Source: an uncultured Clostridia bacterium (GTDB lineage Bacteria; Bacillota; Clostridia; Christensenellales; CAG-138). Taken from it: a DNA stretch of 64,000 nt. Positions 44,145 to 54,077 of the stretch are shown here, piece after piece. Every line of letters begins with the position of its first letter. Position 1 is the stretch's first letter. The position numbers and the translations under genes were made by a program. Below the pieces are notes generated by a model. It saw only the letters and a list, made by a program, of their open reading frames with translations. It was not told the DNA's origin and did no database searches. The stretch is taken from positions 155,474-219,473 of the forward strand of contig CAMVNO010000003.1 of the NCBI GenBank assembly GCA_947168855.1, written 5' to 3'.

Positions 44145-44831
44145 ATGACCATCGAGGAAAAGGCTTTTCAGCGAAAGCGCTTCGTGACGGAAGCCATGGA
44201 GACCTTCGGCTTCCGGAAAACGGACGGCGGATACCGATACGAAACGGCGTTTCTGAACGGCGACTTTTCCGCGTGCGTCCTTGTGACCGAAAGCGGCGTG
44301 GTTTCCGGAACGGTGATCGATAACATGAACGGCGAAGAATACGCGCCGCTTCGCGCGCAACGTTACAACGGCGCGTACGTGAACGAGGTGCGGTCCGCCT
44401 ATGAAGAACTGCTCGCAGAGATTGCGGAGGCGTGCTGCCGCGAGGTGCCGTTTGCGTCCGATCAGGCGAACCGGATCGCGGACCGGATCTTCGCGGCATA
44501 CGGCGTGCATCCGGATTTTCCGTGGGGACAAAGCCCGTACGACAGCGCGGGTACGTTCCGCCACGCGGACAGCGGCAAGTGGTTTGCGCTCATCATGCAT
44601 ATCCGCAGAGGAGCGCTCACAAAGGACACGGACGGAACGATGACCGACGTGATGAACCTGAAGATCGACCCGGGCGCGGAAAGCCCGCTCGGGAACGGCG
44701 TGTATCCCGCGTTCCATATGAACCACAAGATGTGGATCACGGTCACGCTGGACGATACGATCGCGGATGAGACGATCATGTCGCTTGTTGAGACGAGTTT
44801 CCGCATGACGGGGAAGAGAGGAAGCAGATGA
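44145..44831 (+). CDS. MmcQ/YjbR-family protein with an N-terminal extension
   Basis: The C-terminal half has DFPWG...FRHADSGKWFALIM...MNLKIDP...PAFHMNHKMWITVTLD, which is the YjbR pattern. Confidence 0.72.
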   Translation: MTIEEKAFQRKRFVTEAMETFGFRKTDGGYRYETAFLNGDFSACVLVTESGVVSGTVIDNMNGEEYAPLRAQRYNGAYVNEVRSAYEELLAEIAEACCREVPFASDQANRIADRIFAAYGVHPDFPWGQSPYDSAGTFRHADSGKWFALIMHIRRGALTKDTDGTMTDVMNLKIDPGAESPLGNGVYPAFHMNHKMWITVTLDDTIADETIMSLVETSFRMTGKRGSR

Positions 44832-45352
44832 AACTGATCGAACCGACAATGGAATATGACCGCGAGATACAGGCGTTCCGGAGCGAATTTCTGCATCCCG
44901 GCATGTCGATGGACGGCGGCGGCTCGCTGATCCGCTTTGCAAACACCGCGGAATGGCTCGAGCGTGTCGAAGCGTGCAGGCGACCGGAGACCGTGCCGGA
45001 GGGGCGTGTGCCGTCAAGACAGTTCATTTTCGTCAGGGAAGAGGACCGGAAGGTCGTCGGCATCATTCAGATCCGGCATCCGCTGAACGATGCGCATCTG
45101 AACTGGTTCGGGCACATCGGCTATTCCGTCGCGCCGAGCGAACGGCTCAAGGGCTGCGCGACGCAGATGCTCGGGCTGGTCCTGCCGATCTGCCGCGAGA
45201 TGGGCATCCGCAGGGTCCTGATCACGTGCATCGAGGGCAACGAAGGCAGCAAACGGACGATCCTGAAAAACGGCGGGGTCTATGAATCGACGGTTTATCA
45301 GGCGGAGATGGATCGGTATCTGGAACGGTACTGGATCGATCTCGGAGCGTAA
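44828..45352 (+). CDS. GNAT-family N-acetyltransferase
   Basis: 174 aa with ..FIFVREEDRKVVGIIQIRH...GHIGYSVAPSERLKGCATQML.... Its start overlaps the upstream stop. Confidence 0.78.
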   Translation: MKLIEPTMEYDREIQAFRSEFLHPGMSMDGGGSLIRFANTAEWLERVEACRRPETVPEGRVPSRQFIFVREEDRKVVGIIQIRHPLNDAHLNWFGHIGYSVAPSERLKGCATQMLGLVLPICREMGIRRVLITCIEGNEGSKRTILKNGGVYESTVYQAEMDRYLERYWIDLGA

Positions 45353-45362
45353 CGTCAAACAA

Positions 45363-45385
45363 AGCGGCCGAACGGCTGCTTTTTT
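45363..45385 (+). terminator. Rho-independent terminator
   Basis: agcggcc-gaac-ggctgct followed by TTTTT. Confidence 0.6.
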
Positions 45386-45446
45386 GAATTGAAAACGGAA
45401 CGGGATCGTGATATAATGCGGGCAGATTCGTGAAAGAGGCAGGGAC

Positions 45447-46874
45447 ATGGGGTATCGGCGGCTCCCGTTTGAGGAGTATTTCATCAACACCAGCGAAGAT
45501 TTCACGCACACCGGGCGGGTGACCTATCCGGTGAAATATACCGCGGTCAAATACAATACCACCAAGTTTTTCAAGCTCTTCGGCATCTCGCACGAGGTCA
45601 ATTACGAGATCCACTACGAGCCGGACCGCGACGTGATCCAACTGCATTTTCAGCGGACGTTCGGCATGATTGACTGGGTCGCGAACATCTTTGAGTTCGC
45701 GAGCCGCTATTATCACGCGATCGAGTTTGAGGGCGAGCGGCTGCAGCTGCGCGTCCATCACGGCTGGGGCAATATGTACCTTGCGATCAAGCGTGAGGTG
45801 CGCGAAAAATGGAAGGCGCTCAAGGATGCGCATCCCGACGCGGCGACGGAGATCCTCGGCTGGTCCCTGGGCTCCGGCATTGCCTGCCTTTGCTGTCAGG
45901 ATCTGAACTACAATTTCGGGGTCAAGCCGTATCTCTACACGTTCGGGAGCGTGCGCCCGTTCAAGTGCACGCCGCTGAACAAAAAGCGCATGCACCGGTA
46001 TCTTGCGACGCTGTACACGGATTGCGAGAATTTTGCCGACGTCAACGATCTGATCACCTATATGCCGCCGTTCCGCGGGTTCACGATGATCCGCCGCGTC
46101 AACGTCGGCACGGACCTGAAGCGCTCGTTCTTCCGGCTGATCCACCCGCTTCGCTACCATGTGCATTACGATCTGCCGGAGCTGTATCGGGCGATCGTTG
46201 AACGGACGGCGGAGGAGCCGAAGCCCGGCAGGACGGACGTGTACCTTGCGCTGATCCCGGATCCGATCGACTACCGGCCTGTCCTTCCCGCGGAGCGGCA
46301 GGCACAGCTCGATGCGACGCGGAACGAACAGGTCAGAGCGCAGCGCTATACCGCGTGGCAAACGCTCTTAGCAGGACTGCGGCACAGCCGGGGAATCGGC
46401 GCGGAGGAAGCCGGGCTGAAACGATGCGAAAACGGCAAGTGGATCTCGGAAGCGTGCGGCGTTTCGATCTCGCATTGCAGAACGGCGGTTGCGGCGGCGG
46501 TTTCGGACGGCGCGGTCGGCGTCGATATCGAGCCCTATGAGGACGCGCGGTATCGGGAAGCGCTGCTTTCGAGGATCGCGTCGGAGCCGGAACGCGGGCT
46601 GTTTCCGTCGCTTACGATCGGGCAGAGGATTGCGGCGCTGTGGACGCGCAAGGAGGCGGCGTTCAAGCGCGGCACGGGTAATACCGCTTCGCCGATCGGG
46701 GAGAACGCGGCGGCAAACGGCATCCGCACGGCGGTGATCCGGCTCGGCGATCGGGACTATGCGGTTTCCGCTGCGGCAGAGGAAGGGACGGCGCTGCGCA
46801 TCTTTACGGTCTCGGGTGAAACGATCACGGAACGGACCGATTTTACGCTGCTTGAAACGCAGGATCCGGTATAA
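45447..46874 (+). CDS. Lipase class 3-like domain fused to a 4'-phosphopantetheinyl transferase (Sfp-type) domain
   Basis: The N-terminal domain has RVHHGWG..., the nucleophile elbow GWSLGSG and TFGSVRPF. The C-terminal domain has GVDIEPY... and WTRKEAAFK (PPTase motifs). Confidence 0.68.
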   Translation: MGYRRLPFEEYFINTSEDFTHTGRVTYPVKYTAVKYNTTKFFKLFGISHEVNYEIHYEPDRDVIQLHFQRTFGMIDWVANIFEFASRYYHAIEFEGERLQLRVHHGWGNMYLAIKREVREKWKALKDAHPDAATEILGWSLGSGIACLCCQDLNYNFGVKPYLYTFGSVRPFKCTPLNKKRMHRYLATLYTDCENFADVNDLITYMPPFRGFTMIRRVNVGTDLKRSFFRLIHPLRYHVHYDLPELYRAIVERTAEEPKPGRTDVYLALIPDPIDYRPVLPAERQAQLDATRNEQVRAQRYTAWQTLLAGLRHSRGIGAEEAGLKRCENGKWISEACGVSISHCRTAVAAAVSDGAVGVDIEPYEDARYREALLSRIASEPERGLFPSLTIGQRIAALWTRKEAAFKRGTGNTASPIGENAAANGIRTAVIRLGDRDYAVSAAAEEGTALRIFTVSGETITERTDFTLLETQDPV

Positions 46875-46903
46875 TATACGCGAAAAACGCGCATGCTTTC
46901 GGT

Positions 46904-48496
46904 ATGAAGCATGCGATTCGGACACTTTTTCAATTTGATCAGCCGTATCGGCGGTTTGAACTATTAGAGACGGAGCCCAGGGGGACGCCGTCCTTTTTTG
47001 CGCGCAGACAGACAAGGCGGGCGAAGATCAAAGCGGCGCACGGGCGGATGGATCAACGCCTTACTGCGAATCTTGCGTGGATCAGGGAGCGGTTTCATAC
47101 GGACGTCAATACGGACGTGATCCTGCGCCCGTTCAAGCTCGGCGGAACGGTCGACGCGCTTGCGGTCAGCATGAACGGGATGGCGGACGATTCCAAGATC
47201 GCCGAGTTTATTCTGCGTCCCGCGTTCCGCGTCGCCGTCGACGGCGTAGCGCGCGCAAAGCTGCCCTCGTATTTTCGCGAGCATGCGCTCTCCATGCATG
47301 AGACGGAGCTGACCGACCGGCGTGAAGCGGTGGAACAGGCGATCACGGAGGGGCGTACGGCGATTTTGCTTGACGGCGTAAAGGAAGCGATCCTGTGCGA
47401 TACGCGCGGATTTGTGTCGAGACCCGTCGGCGAGCCGCAGAACGAAATGACGATCATGGGACCGAAGGAGGCGTTTACGGAGAATATCCGCACCAATGTC
47501 ACGCTCCTGCGGCGCATCGTGAAGCGGTCGGATTTCGTCTGTGAATTCCGCGATTCGGGCGGAACGAACCGCACCCGGCTCGCGCTGTGCTATCTCGACG
47601 GCACGGTGAACCCGGCGCTGCTCGACGAGGTCAGACGAAGGCTCGACACGATCTCGACCGACATGCGGCTGACTGTCGGACGCGTGGAACAGCTCATAGA
47701 GGATTATACCTATCTGCCGCTGCCGCAGATGCTGAAAACGGAGCGCCCGGACCGCGCGGCTTCGGCGGTGATGGACGGGCGGATCGCGCTGCTCGTGGAG
47801 GGATGCCCGCAGGCGGGCGTGCTGCCGATCACGATCGGGACGCTCATGGCAAGCGGCGAGGATCTGGATATGCGCCAGCCGGTCGGCACCGTCGTGCTGC
47901 TGATCCGCATGATCGGCGCGCTTTTGTCGACCTATCTGCCGGCGTACTTTCTGGCGCTGGCGCTGCACCATCCGGGACAGCTTTCCGGCGAGATCCTCGA
48001 AACGGTCGTCGCGTCCCGCGCCATGGTATTTCTGCCGCTGTGGATGGAGATGATCTTTCTTCTGCTGGTGTTTCAGCTCGTGCGCGAAGCGGGGCTCAGG
48101 GTGCCGGGCTCGATCGGGCAGGCGATCGGGATCATCGGCGGACTGCTCCTGGGGCAGGCGGCGGTCTCCGCAAACATCGTATCGACGGTCGTGCTCATCA
48201 TCGTCGCCCTGACGGGGCTCGGCAACTTTGCCATTCCGGATTACAGTGCGCAGGTCGCCGCCGCGTATTATCGGCTGCTGCTGTGTATTGCGGCGTCGCT
48301 TGCGGGGCTTTTGGGAATCATGGTCACGGGACTTTGCGCAACCGCCGTGATGTGTTCGGCAAAGTCGTTCGGCGTGCCGTTCTTTGCGCCGTATTCACCG
48401 GTGACAACCCATTCGGAGCACCTCCGGTTCCGTACGCGGATCCGGAATCGCGCCGGGACTTCCGATCCCTTAAACCCCGAAGGGAGGCGCGCATGA
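46904..48496 (+). CDS. Spore germination protein, GerA (A-subunit) family
   Basis: Carries ..DVILRPFKLGG...AVSMNGM... and C-terminal TM helices. An alternative start at 47048 (MDQRL) is plausible because 46904 lies inside a hairpin. Confidence 0.85.
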   Translation: MKHAIRTLFQFDQPYRRFELLETEPRGTPSFFARRQTRRAKIKAAHGRMDQRLTANLAWIRERFHTDVNTDVILRPFKLGGTVDALAVSMNGMADDSKIAEFILRPAFRVAVDGVARAKLPSYFREHALSMHETELTDRREAVEQAITEGRTAILLDGVKEAILCDTRGFVSRPVGEPQNEMTIMGPKEAFTENIRTNVTLLRRIVKRSDFVCEFRDSGGTNRTRLALCYLDGTVNPALLDEVRRRLDTISTDMRLTVGRVEQLIEDYTYLPLPQMLKTERPDRAASAVMDGRIALLVEGCPQAGVLPITIGTLMASGEDLDMRQPVGTVVLLIRMIGALLSTYLPAYFLALALHHPGQLSGEILETVVASRAMVFLPLWMEMIFLLLVFQLVREAGLRVPGSIGQAIGIIGGLLLGQAAVSANIVSTVVLIIVALTGLGNFAIPDYSAQVAAAYYRLLLCIAASLAGLLGIMVTGLCATAVMCSAKSFGVPFFAPYSPVTTHSEHLRFRTRIRNRAGTSDPLNPEGRRA

Positions 48497-49584
48497 ATCT
48501 TCGCATCGGTGCGTTCGGACGGCAGGAGAGCGCCGCGGTCGTGCTGATCGCCGCGTTTTTCAGCGGGTGCTTCGGCATAGACAGCGGTGTGCTGTACGCG
48601 CGCGGGAACGCGTCGTGGATCGTGCAGATCATAGCCGTCGTGCAGGCGCTGCTGCTCTTTGAAGGCACGGTCTGGGTGCTCAGAGTGCGCGGCGGGAACG
48701 ATCTTTCCGCGCTGATCGGGACGTCGCGGATCAAACGGTTCCTGGCGATCCCGCTGATCCTTGCGCTGATCCTTGCCGCCATGCAGCCGCTCGAAAGCTT
48801 TTTATTCACGATCACGCAGTACGTCTTTACGGATTCGAAACAGGTCACGGCGATGCTGTATCTGGCGCCGTGTTTGTTCCTTTTGACGGCGCTCGGCGCG
48901 GAAACGCTGGTGCGGACCGCGCGGATCCTGCTGCCGATCCTGCTTCTGTCTGTGGCGGAAGCGCTGCTTTCGGGGATCGGCGAGTATCATCTGTACCGCA
49001 TCCATCCGATTCCGTTCGGAGAGCCCTTGCAGATCTTTACGCAGGCGGGCAGCGCGCAGATCCGCGCGGCGGCGCCGCTGATCGCGCTTCTGTGCATCGG
49101 CGAGGGCACGCAGGACCGGATGGCGATGCGCAGCGCCGGACGCATCGGCATGATCGCGGGAGGGCTGCTTGCCGCGACGGCACTGTTTGCGCTGTCGATG
49201 ACGTTTACCTACACGCAGCTTAAGGATATGCCGTCGCCGTTCTACCGGATGCTCGTAGAGGTCCGCGCGGAAAACCCGACGCTGCGGCTCGATCGCGCGG
49301 TGCTGTTTCTGTGGCTTTCCGGCGCAATTCTTTCGGCGGCGTTTTATCTGTACGCCGCATCCGTGCTGTACGCGAAGACGTTCGGCGTGCGGGACGTGCG
49401 TCCCGCCGCGCTGTGCATGAGCGGGATCGCCGTCACGCTGATCCTGGTGCTGTATTATGATTCGGAGATTACGGAGACGATCCGGGAACACCTGTACCGG
49501 GACGCGTGGGTACTTATCGCAGTGCCGTTTCCGCTGATCCTGCTGCGGTTCAAAAGGAGGAAACCATGCGCCGCTTCATCCTGA
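48493..49584 (+). CDS. Spore germination protein, GerB (permease-like B-subunit) family
   Basis: 363 aa with ~10 TM helices. The ATG overlaps the gerA stop (ATGA). Confidence 0.8.
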   Translation: MNLRIGAFGRQESAAVVLIAAFFSGCFGIDSGVLYARGNASWIVQIIAVVQALLLFEGTVWVLRVRGGNDLSALIGTSRIKRFLAIPLILALILAAMQPLESFLFTITQYVFTDSKQVTAMLYLAPCLFLLTALGAETLVRTARILLPILLLSVAEALLSGIGEYHLYRIHPIPFGEPLQIFTQAGSAQIRAAAPLIALLCIGEGTQDRMAMRSAGRIGMIAGGLLAATALFALSMTFTYTQLKDMPSPFYRMLVEVRAENPTLRLDRAVLFLWLSGAILSAAFYLYAASVLYAKTFGVRDVRPAALCMSGIAVTLILVLYYDSEITETIREHLYRDAWVLIAVPFPLILLRFKRRKPCAASS

Positions 49585-50711
49585 TCCTGCTTTTTCTTTT
49601 GCTGCTTTCGGGCTGCATGCAGTCCAAGAACATCGACGAATACGCCTATGTGCTGAACGTCGGCGTCGAGCGCGGAACGACGATGCCGTACCTTGTGACC
49701 GTGCTGATCTCTGTTCCGGGCGGAACCGAGGACACGAAGGTCGAGAACACGGTCGTTTCCGCAGAGGCGCGATCCTTTTCCGAAGCGTATGAAACGCTGA
49801 ACGCCGCGTATCCGAGCAGACTCAGCTTCGCGCGCGCGTCGCTTCTGGCGATCGGCGAGGACCTTGCAAAGGACGGGGCGCAGACGGCGTTTCTGGATTT
49901 TGCGTTCGGCAAGCCGGACCTTTGGCAAAACCTGCGCGTCGTCGCGGTAAAGCCGCCGGTCCGCGACGTTTTCGAGGGCTGGATCTCGGACGCCGACCCT
50001 TCGCTCAGAAAGATCAAGACGGCGGTGGGGGACCTTTCGGACGAATCCGGCATGACCGCGGATACGGGCTTTGGCGCCTATACGGAAGCGATCGGAGACA
50101 AGCGCTTCGATGCGATGCTGGCTTACGCGGGCGCGAACGAATACAGGCTGAATCCGGACATTGTCGGCGGGGAGACCTATCCGTACACCGGGGGATCGCT
50201 GCTCGTCGAGAGTACGCTGAAGACCTCGACCGCGGGCAGCGCGGTATTTGACGGAGACCGCATGGTCGGCGTGCTGGACGGAAGGCATACGATGGAGACG
50301 CTGATGGTGACGGATGCGTTTCGAAAGGGTGAAATGCACTTTACGCTGCCGGACGGGAGCACGATGCGCGCGGCGCTGTACCGCATGCGCGCGCCGAGAA
50401 TCCGGCTCAAAAACGGCGAGGCGACCGTTGAGCTCCGTCTTGAGGCGGACGTGCTCGAACCGAAGACGCTGCCGATGGAGCGCAATGCGCTGAAGGCGTA
50501 TCTTGAAACGCAGTTGGAAACGGAGCTTGCGGCGGTCCTCAAGGCGCTGCAGCGCGTAAACTGCGACGCAATGGGCTTCGGACGGTTCCGCGCAAAGCAG
50601 TTCAGAAGCGCGGCGGACTGGGAAGCCTGCGACTGGAAGGCGGAATACCGGACGCTCAGGGTTTCGTTCTCGGTGACGCTGATGCTTTCGCACGGCATGA
50701 AGGGAGCGTGA
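49566..50711 (+). CDS. Ger(x)C-family germination lipoprotein
   Basis: Lipobox LLLLSGC followed by MQSKNIDEYAYVLNVGVE. The chosen start is 49566. Confidence 0.85.
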   Translation: MRRFILILLFLLLLSGCMQSKNIDEYAYVLNVGVERGTTMPYLVTVLISVPGGTEDTKVENTVVSAEARSFSEAYETLNAAYPSRLSFARASLLAIGEDLAKDGAQTAFLDFAFGKPDLWQNLRVVAVKPPVRDVFEGWISDADPSLRKIKTAVGDLSDESGMTADTGFGAYTEAIGDKRFDAMLAYAGANEYRLNPDIVGGETYPYTGGSLLVESTLKTSTAGSAVFDGDRMVGVLDGRHTMETLMVTDAFRKGEMHFTLPDGSTMRAALYRMRAPRIRLKNGEATVELRLEADVLEPKTLPMERNALKAYLETQLETELAAVLKALQRVNCDAMGFGRFRAKQFRSAADWEACDWKAEYRTLRVSFSVTLMLSHGMKGA

Positions 50712-50715
50712 CGGA

Positions 50716-50886
50716 ATGGTCCTGTATTTCGGCATGCAGCTTATTCCGATCGCATTCGGAGTCCTGTATCTCGTTCACAGCTTCAGACGGAAGCGGCGGG
50801 GGCAGGGGATCGCAGCACTTTCGCTGCTGCTCGTTCTGCTGGCGTCGCTTTCGGTGCTTCTGTGGGAATACTTCGCTGTGCCGTAA
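50716..50886 (+). CDS. Possible 56-aa two-TM membrane peptide (not in the ORF track)
   Basis: The translation is MVLYFGMQLIPIAFGVLYLVHSFRRKRRGQGIAALSLLLVLLASLSVLLWEYFAVP. It starts 5 nt after gerC and is followed by a terminator. Confidence 0.35.
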   Translation: MVLYFGMQLIPIAFGVLYLVHSFRRKRRGQGIAALSLLLVLLASLSVLLWEYFAVP

Positions 50887-50888
50887 CG

Positions 50889-50915
50889 AAAAAGCCGCCC
50901 TCAAAGGCGGCTTTT
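50889..50915. terminator. Bidirectional terminator (ger operon / gntR)
   Basis: aaaaagccgcc-ctcaaa-ggcggctttt. Confidence 0.75.
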
Positions 50916-50927
50916 GCATGGAACAGA

Positions 50928-51596
50928 TTACTGTACGTTGTCGGGGATCAGCGCTGCGGCGTCCATGATGTGCGCCTGCAGGAGCTTCACCGCTTCGTCC
51001 ACATTGCCCGCTTTGCAGGCGTTGAGGATCTTCTCATGCTCGACGACGGAGTTTTCGCGGTCCGCCGCGTCGCTGTAGAAACCGGTCCGCAGATAGCGGT
51101 CGATGTTCGCGTGGATGATCTCCATAAGCATGTCCGCAACCGGGTTGTTCGCCTTTGCGGTCAGGACCTCGTGGAAGCGGATGTTCAGATTTTCGGTGGC
51201 GATCATTTCGGTTGTGCCGCGCTGTTCCTCCAGGATCGCGTCAAGCGCACGGAAGTCCTCTTCGGTCATGCGAGGAACGGCGACGGCAAGCATGGCGACG
51301 GAGATCGCAGCACGCACCTGCATGGTATTGATGAGCATATCACGCGAGAGCTCTGTGACGGTTGCGCCGCGGTTTGCATGGATCGTGACGAGCTGCTGTG
51401 CTTCGAGCTGACGCAGCGCTTCACGAACCGGGATGTGGCTGACGTTCAGGGCGGAGGAGATCTCGTCCTGTTTCAGCTGCATGCCGCCCGGCAGGGTGCC
51501 GTTCACAATGCCTGCGCGCAGAACACGATAGACCCATTCCTGCGTTCCGAATCCCTCACGATTCTCTACATTGGCTGCTAATGCCTTGTAATCCAT
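50928..51596 (-). CDS. GntR-family transcriptional regulator (FCD domain)
   Basis: The N-terminal wHTH (..LKQDEISSALNVSHIPVREALRQLEAQQLV) is followed by an all-helical FCD-like C-terminus. Confidence 0.88.
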   Translation of the reverse strand: MDYKALAANVENREGFGTQEWVYRVLRAGIVNGTLPGGMQLKQDEISSALNVSHIPVREALRQLEAQQLVTIHANRGATVTELSRDMLINTMQVRAAISVAMLAVAVPRMTEEDFRALDAILEEQRGTTEMIATENLNIRFHEVLTAKANNPVADMLMEIIHANIDRYLRTGFYSDAADRENSVVEHEKILNACKAGNVDEAVKLLQAHIMDAAALIPDNVQ

Positions 51597-51647
51597 TTTT
51601 TCTCACTCTCCATTCGAATTTTACGGCAAATATGTTTACCCATGTAT

Positions 51648-51676
51648 AATATAATATAAATTCGTTCATTCGTCAA
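51648..51676 (-). promoter_or_regulatory. Candidate promoter of the gntR-family gene
   Basis: On the minus strand: TTGACG, 17-nt spacer, TATATT. Confidence 0.35.
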
Positions 51677-51702
51677 CCTTCGATTTGCAGATTCCCGGTA
51701 AA

Positions 51703-54048
51703 TTACGGAGAAAACGGGATCGTATGCTGCACATAGATGCGTCTTTTCCCGCCGGTTCTGCCGCAGACCGGCTCGCCGCCGACCGAAAGCGCGGGATGGA
51801 CGGGGACGACATAATAGGAAAAACCGCCGTTCAGACGATCGACCGGATCGGAGAAACGAACCGGATACGCGGCGTTTTCAAAGGTTGCGAGCAGGATCGC
51901 AAAGCCGTCGCCATCCTCGCGGTACAGCCGGTAGGTCATATAGCGCGAGGGCGGGGTAAACGTGATCTCGGCGACGTCGTCGGCGAGCGTCACCGAAAGG
52001 TCGGTCGGCGGGTCCGGGATCTGCCAGTATTCCGTAACGGCCTTCGGCTCCGTGCCGCGCACAAAGTATTCCCAGACGGTCGACTCCCGCGGGGTCAGGC
52101 TTCCCGCAAGAACGGGGATATGCTCGTTTTCGAGCGTGACCTCGTCAAGCGCAACGGCGACGACGCTGTCCGGAACGGCAAAACGCGGTGCGTTTCCGTC
52201 CGGATACAGCGCCGAAAAGACCTCCGAAAGCAGCATGGCGGGGTAGGTCCCGCCGCCGCAGTCCTTCGGAAGGCACCGCCCGTTTTCCGCGTCGTCGAAG
52301 CCCATCCAGACGACGGCGGCGTAGTCGGGATTGCAGCAGGCAAGCCAGATATCGCGATTGCCTGTTTCATCGCCGACGGTGCCGGTCTTGGCGGCAAGCC
52401 GGATCGGCAGCGCGGACAGCAGACTTGCGGTGCCCTTCTGCGCAACGCTTTCAAGCAGCGAGGTCAGGATAAACGCGTTGCCCTCGGACATGACGCGCGT
52501 TTCCTCGGGCACATGCCGGTAAAGCTCGGTCCCTGCGCGGTCGGTGATCCGCGTCACCACATACGGCGCGCGGTAAATGCCGCCGGAAGCCAGCGCCGCG
52601 TACGCGCCGCACAGCCGGTACGGAGACACGCCGTAGGTAAACCCACCGAGCGCAAGCGTCAGCGAGTCGTCGCGCACGTCAAACGGAATGCCGAACCGCG
52701 ACGCAAACGACTTGCAGCGTTCGACGCCGAGCTCGCGGAACAGCAAAACGGCGGGGATGTTCAGCGACCGCGTGACCGCCTCGCGCATGGTGATCCATCC
52801 CGCATAGCGTCCGTTGGCATTTTTCGGCGTATAGTCGCCGAAATCGACGGCGTCGTCCAGCAGCATGGACGCCGCGGTATAGCCCGCTTCGAGCGCGGGT
52901 GCGTAGACGAGGATCGGCTTGATCGCGCTGCCGGGCTGCCGGCGGATGCGCGTCGCCCGGTTGAACCCGAGCGCCGTTCCGTCGTCGCGCCCGCCCATGA
53001 TCGCCGAAACGCCGCCGGTCTTCGCGTCGATCAGCACGAGCGCGCCTTCGGCGGATTCGTTCCCGTACATCGGGAAATACGCGTCGTTTTTGAACACGGT
53101 CTCGGCGATGCGCTGCGCGTTCGGGTCCATGGCGGTTTCGATCGTCAGCCCGCTTGTCAGCAGCGTGTCGAGATCGCAGCCGAGCAGCGTACAGGCTTCG
53201 GTCATGGCAAGGTCGATGTAGGAATCGTGCTTCTGCTTCTGCGTGTCGGAGATGAGGACCAGCGGTTCCGCCTTTGCCTGCGCGGCGGAGCTCGCGTCGA
53301 TCATGTCATATGAGACCATCAGATCCAGAATGACGCCGCGGCGGCCGACGGACGCTTCGGGGCGGAGATGCGGCGCATAGGTCGCCGGGGATTTCAGCAC
53401 ACCCGCCAGAAGCGCGCTCTGCGCAAGGCTCAGCTCGCTTGCGCGCACGCCGAAGTATCCCTGCGCCGCCGCTTCGATGCCGTAATATCCGCCGCCGAAA
53501 TACACGCGGTTCAGGTAGCAGGTCAAAATCTCGTCCTTTGTGAGAAGCTGTTCGAGACGGTAGGAGAGGATCGCCTCGTCGACCTTGCGGTTGAGCGTTT
53601 TTTCCGAACTCAGGTGCGTGAGCTTGATGAGCTGCTGCGTGATGGTGCTGGCGCCCTCCACATAGGAGCCCGCCTTGAGATCGTTCAGCGCGGCGCCGGC
53701 AATGCGGATCAAATCAAATCCGGGATGCGAATAAAACCGCGCGTCCTCGGCGGCAAGGAACGCGTTCTTGACGTGATCGGGCAGCGCGTCGAGTCCCACC
53801 GAAACGCGGTTTTCGTGCAGATACAGCCGGGACACGACCGCGCCGCCACGATCCGTGATCAGCAGCGTTTCGTCGGTCGAATAGATTTTTTCAAGGTCGA
53901 GCATATGCCATGCGTCCTGCGAAAACAGCCATACCGCGCCGCAAATCAACGGCGTGAAAAGCAGCAGCATGACGGCGCGCAAAAAACGCCGACGGCGGCG
54001 TCGGCGATACAGGCTTTTATAGGTTCGGAGGACTTTTTGCTCGCACAT
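51703..54048 (-). CDS. Class A penicillin-binding protein (glycosyltransferase + transpeptidase)
   Basis: GT51 motifs (AAEDARFYSHPG, ..GASTITQQL..) and transpeptidase motifs SAIKP, SLN and KTGT are present. The C-terminal domain is extended. Confidence 0.92.
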   Translation of the reverse strand: MCEQKVLRTYKSLYRRRRRRRFLRAVMLLLFTPLICGAVWLFSQDAWHMLDLEKIYSTDETLLITDRGGAVVSRLYLHENRVSVGLDALPDHVKNAFLAAEDARFYSHPGFDLIRIAGAALNDLKAGSYVEGASTITQQLIKLTHLSSEKTLNRKVDEAILSYRLEQLLTKDEILTCYLNRVYFGGGYYGIEAAAQGYFGVRASELSLAQSALLAGVLKSPATYAPHLRPEASVGRRGVILDLMVSYDMIDASSAAQAKAEPLVLISDTQKQKHDSYIDLAMTEACTLLGCDLDTLLTSGLTIETAMDPNAQRIAETVFKNDAYFPMYGNESAEGALVLIDAKTGGVSAIMGGRDDGTALGFNRATRIRRQPGSAIKPILVYAPALEAGYTAASMLLDDAVDFGDYTPKNANGRYAGWITMREAVTRSLNIPAVLLFRELGVERCKSFASRFGIPFDVRDDSLTLALGGFTYGVSPYRLCGAYAALASGGIYRAPYVVTRITDRAGTELYRHVPEETRVMSEGNAFILTSLLESVAQKGTASLLSALPIRLAAKTGTVGDETGNRDIWLACCNPDYAAVVWMGFDDAENGRCLPKDCGGGTYPAMLLSEVFSALYPDGNAPRFAVPDSVVAVALDEVTLENEHIPVLAGSLTPRESTVWEYFVRGTEPKAVTEYWQIPDPPTDLSVTLADDVAEITFTPPSRYMTYRLYREDGDGFAILLATFENAAYPVRFSDPVDRLNGGFSYYVVPVHPALSVGGEPVCGRTGGKRRIYVQHTIPFSP

Positions 54049-54077
54049 AGCAACAGTATGCCGCGCGAGCGCCGCGC

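Noticed and set aside
42717-45017. 766-aa minus-strand ORF spanning three plus-strand genes
   Set aside because: It is extremely Arg/His/Pro-rich with no recognisable motifs. It lies antisense to three ORFs that carry clear GNAT, SAM-methyltransferase and YjbR motifs. This is a typical high-GC shadow ORF.
51685-53313. 542-aa plus-strand ORF antisense to the PBP gene. Also 57530-59446 (-) antisense to the beta-propeller gene, 45222-46361 (-), and 55281-56408 (+) / 55531-56661 (-).
   Set aside because: These are shadow ORFs. The opposite strand carries the SxxK/SxN/KTG motifs or other family motifs.
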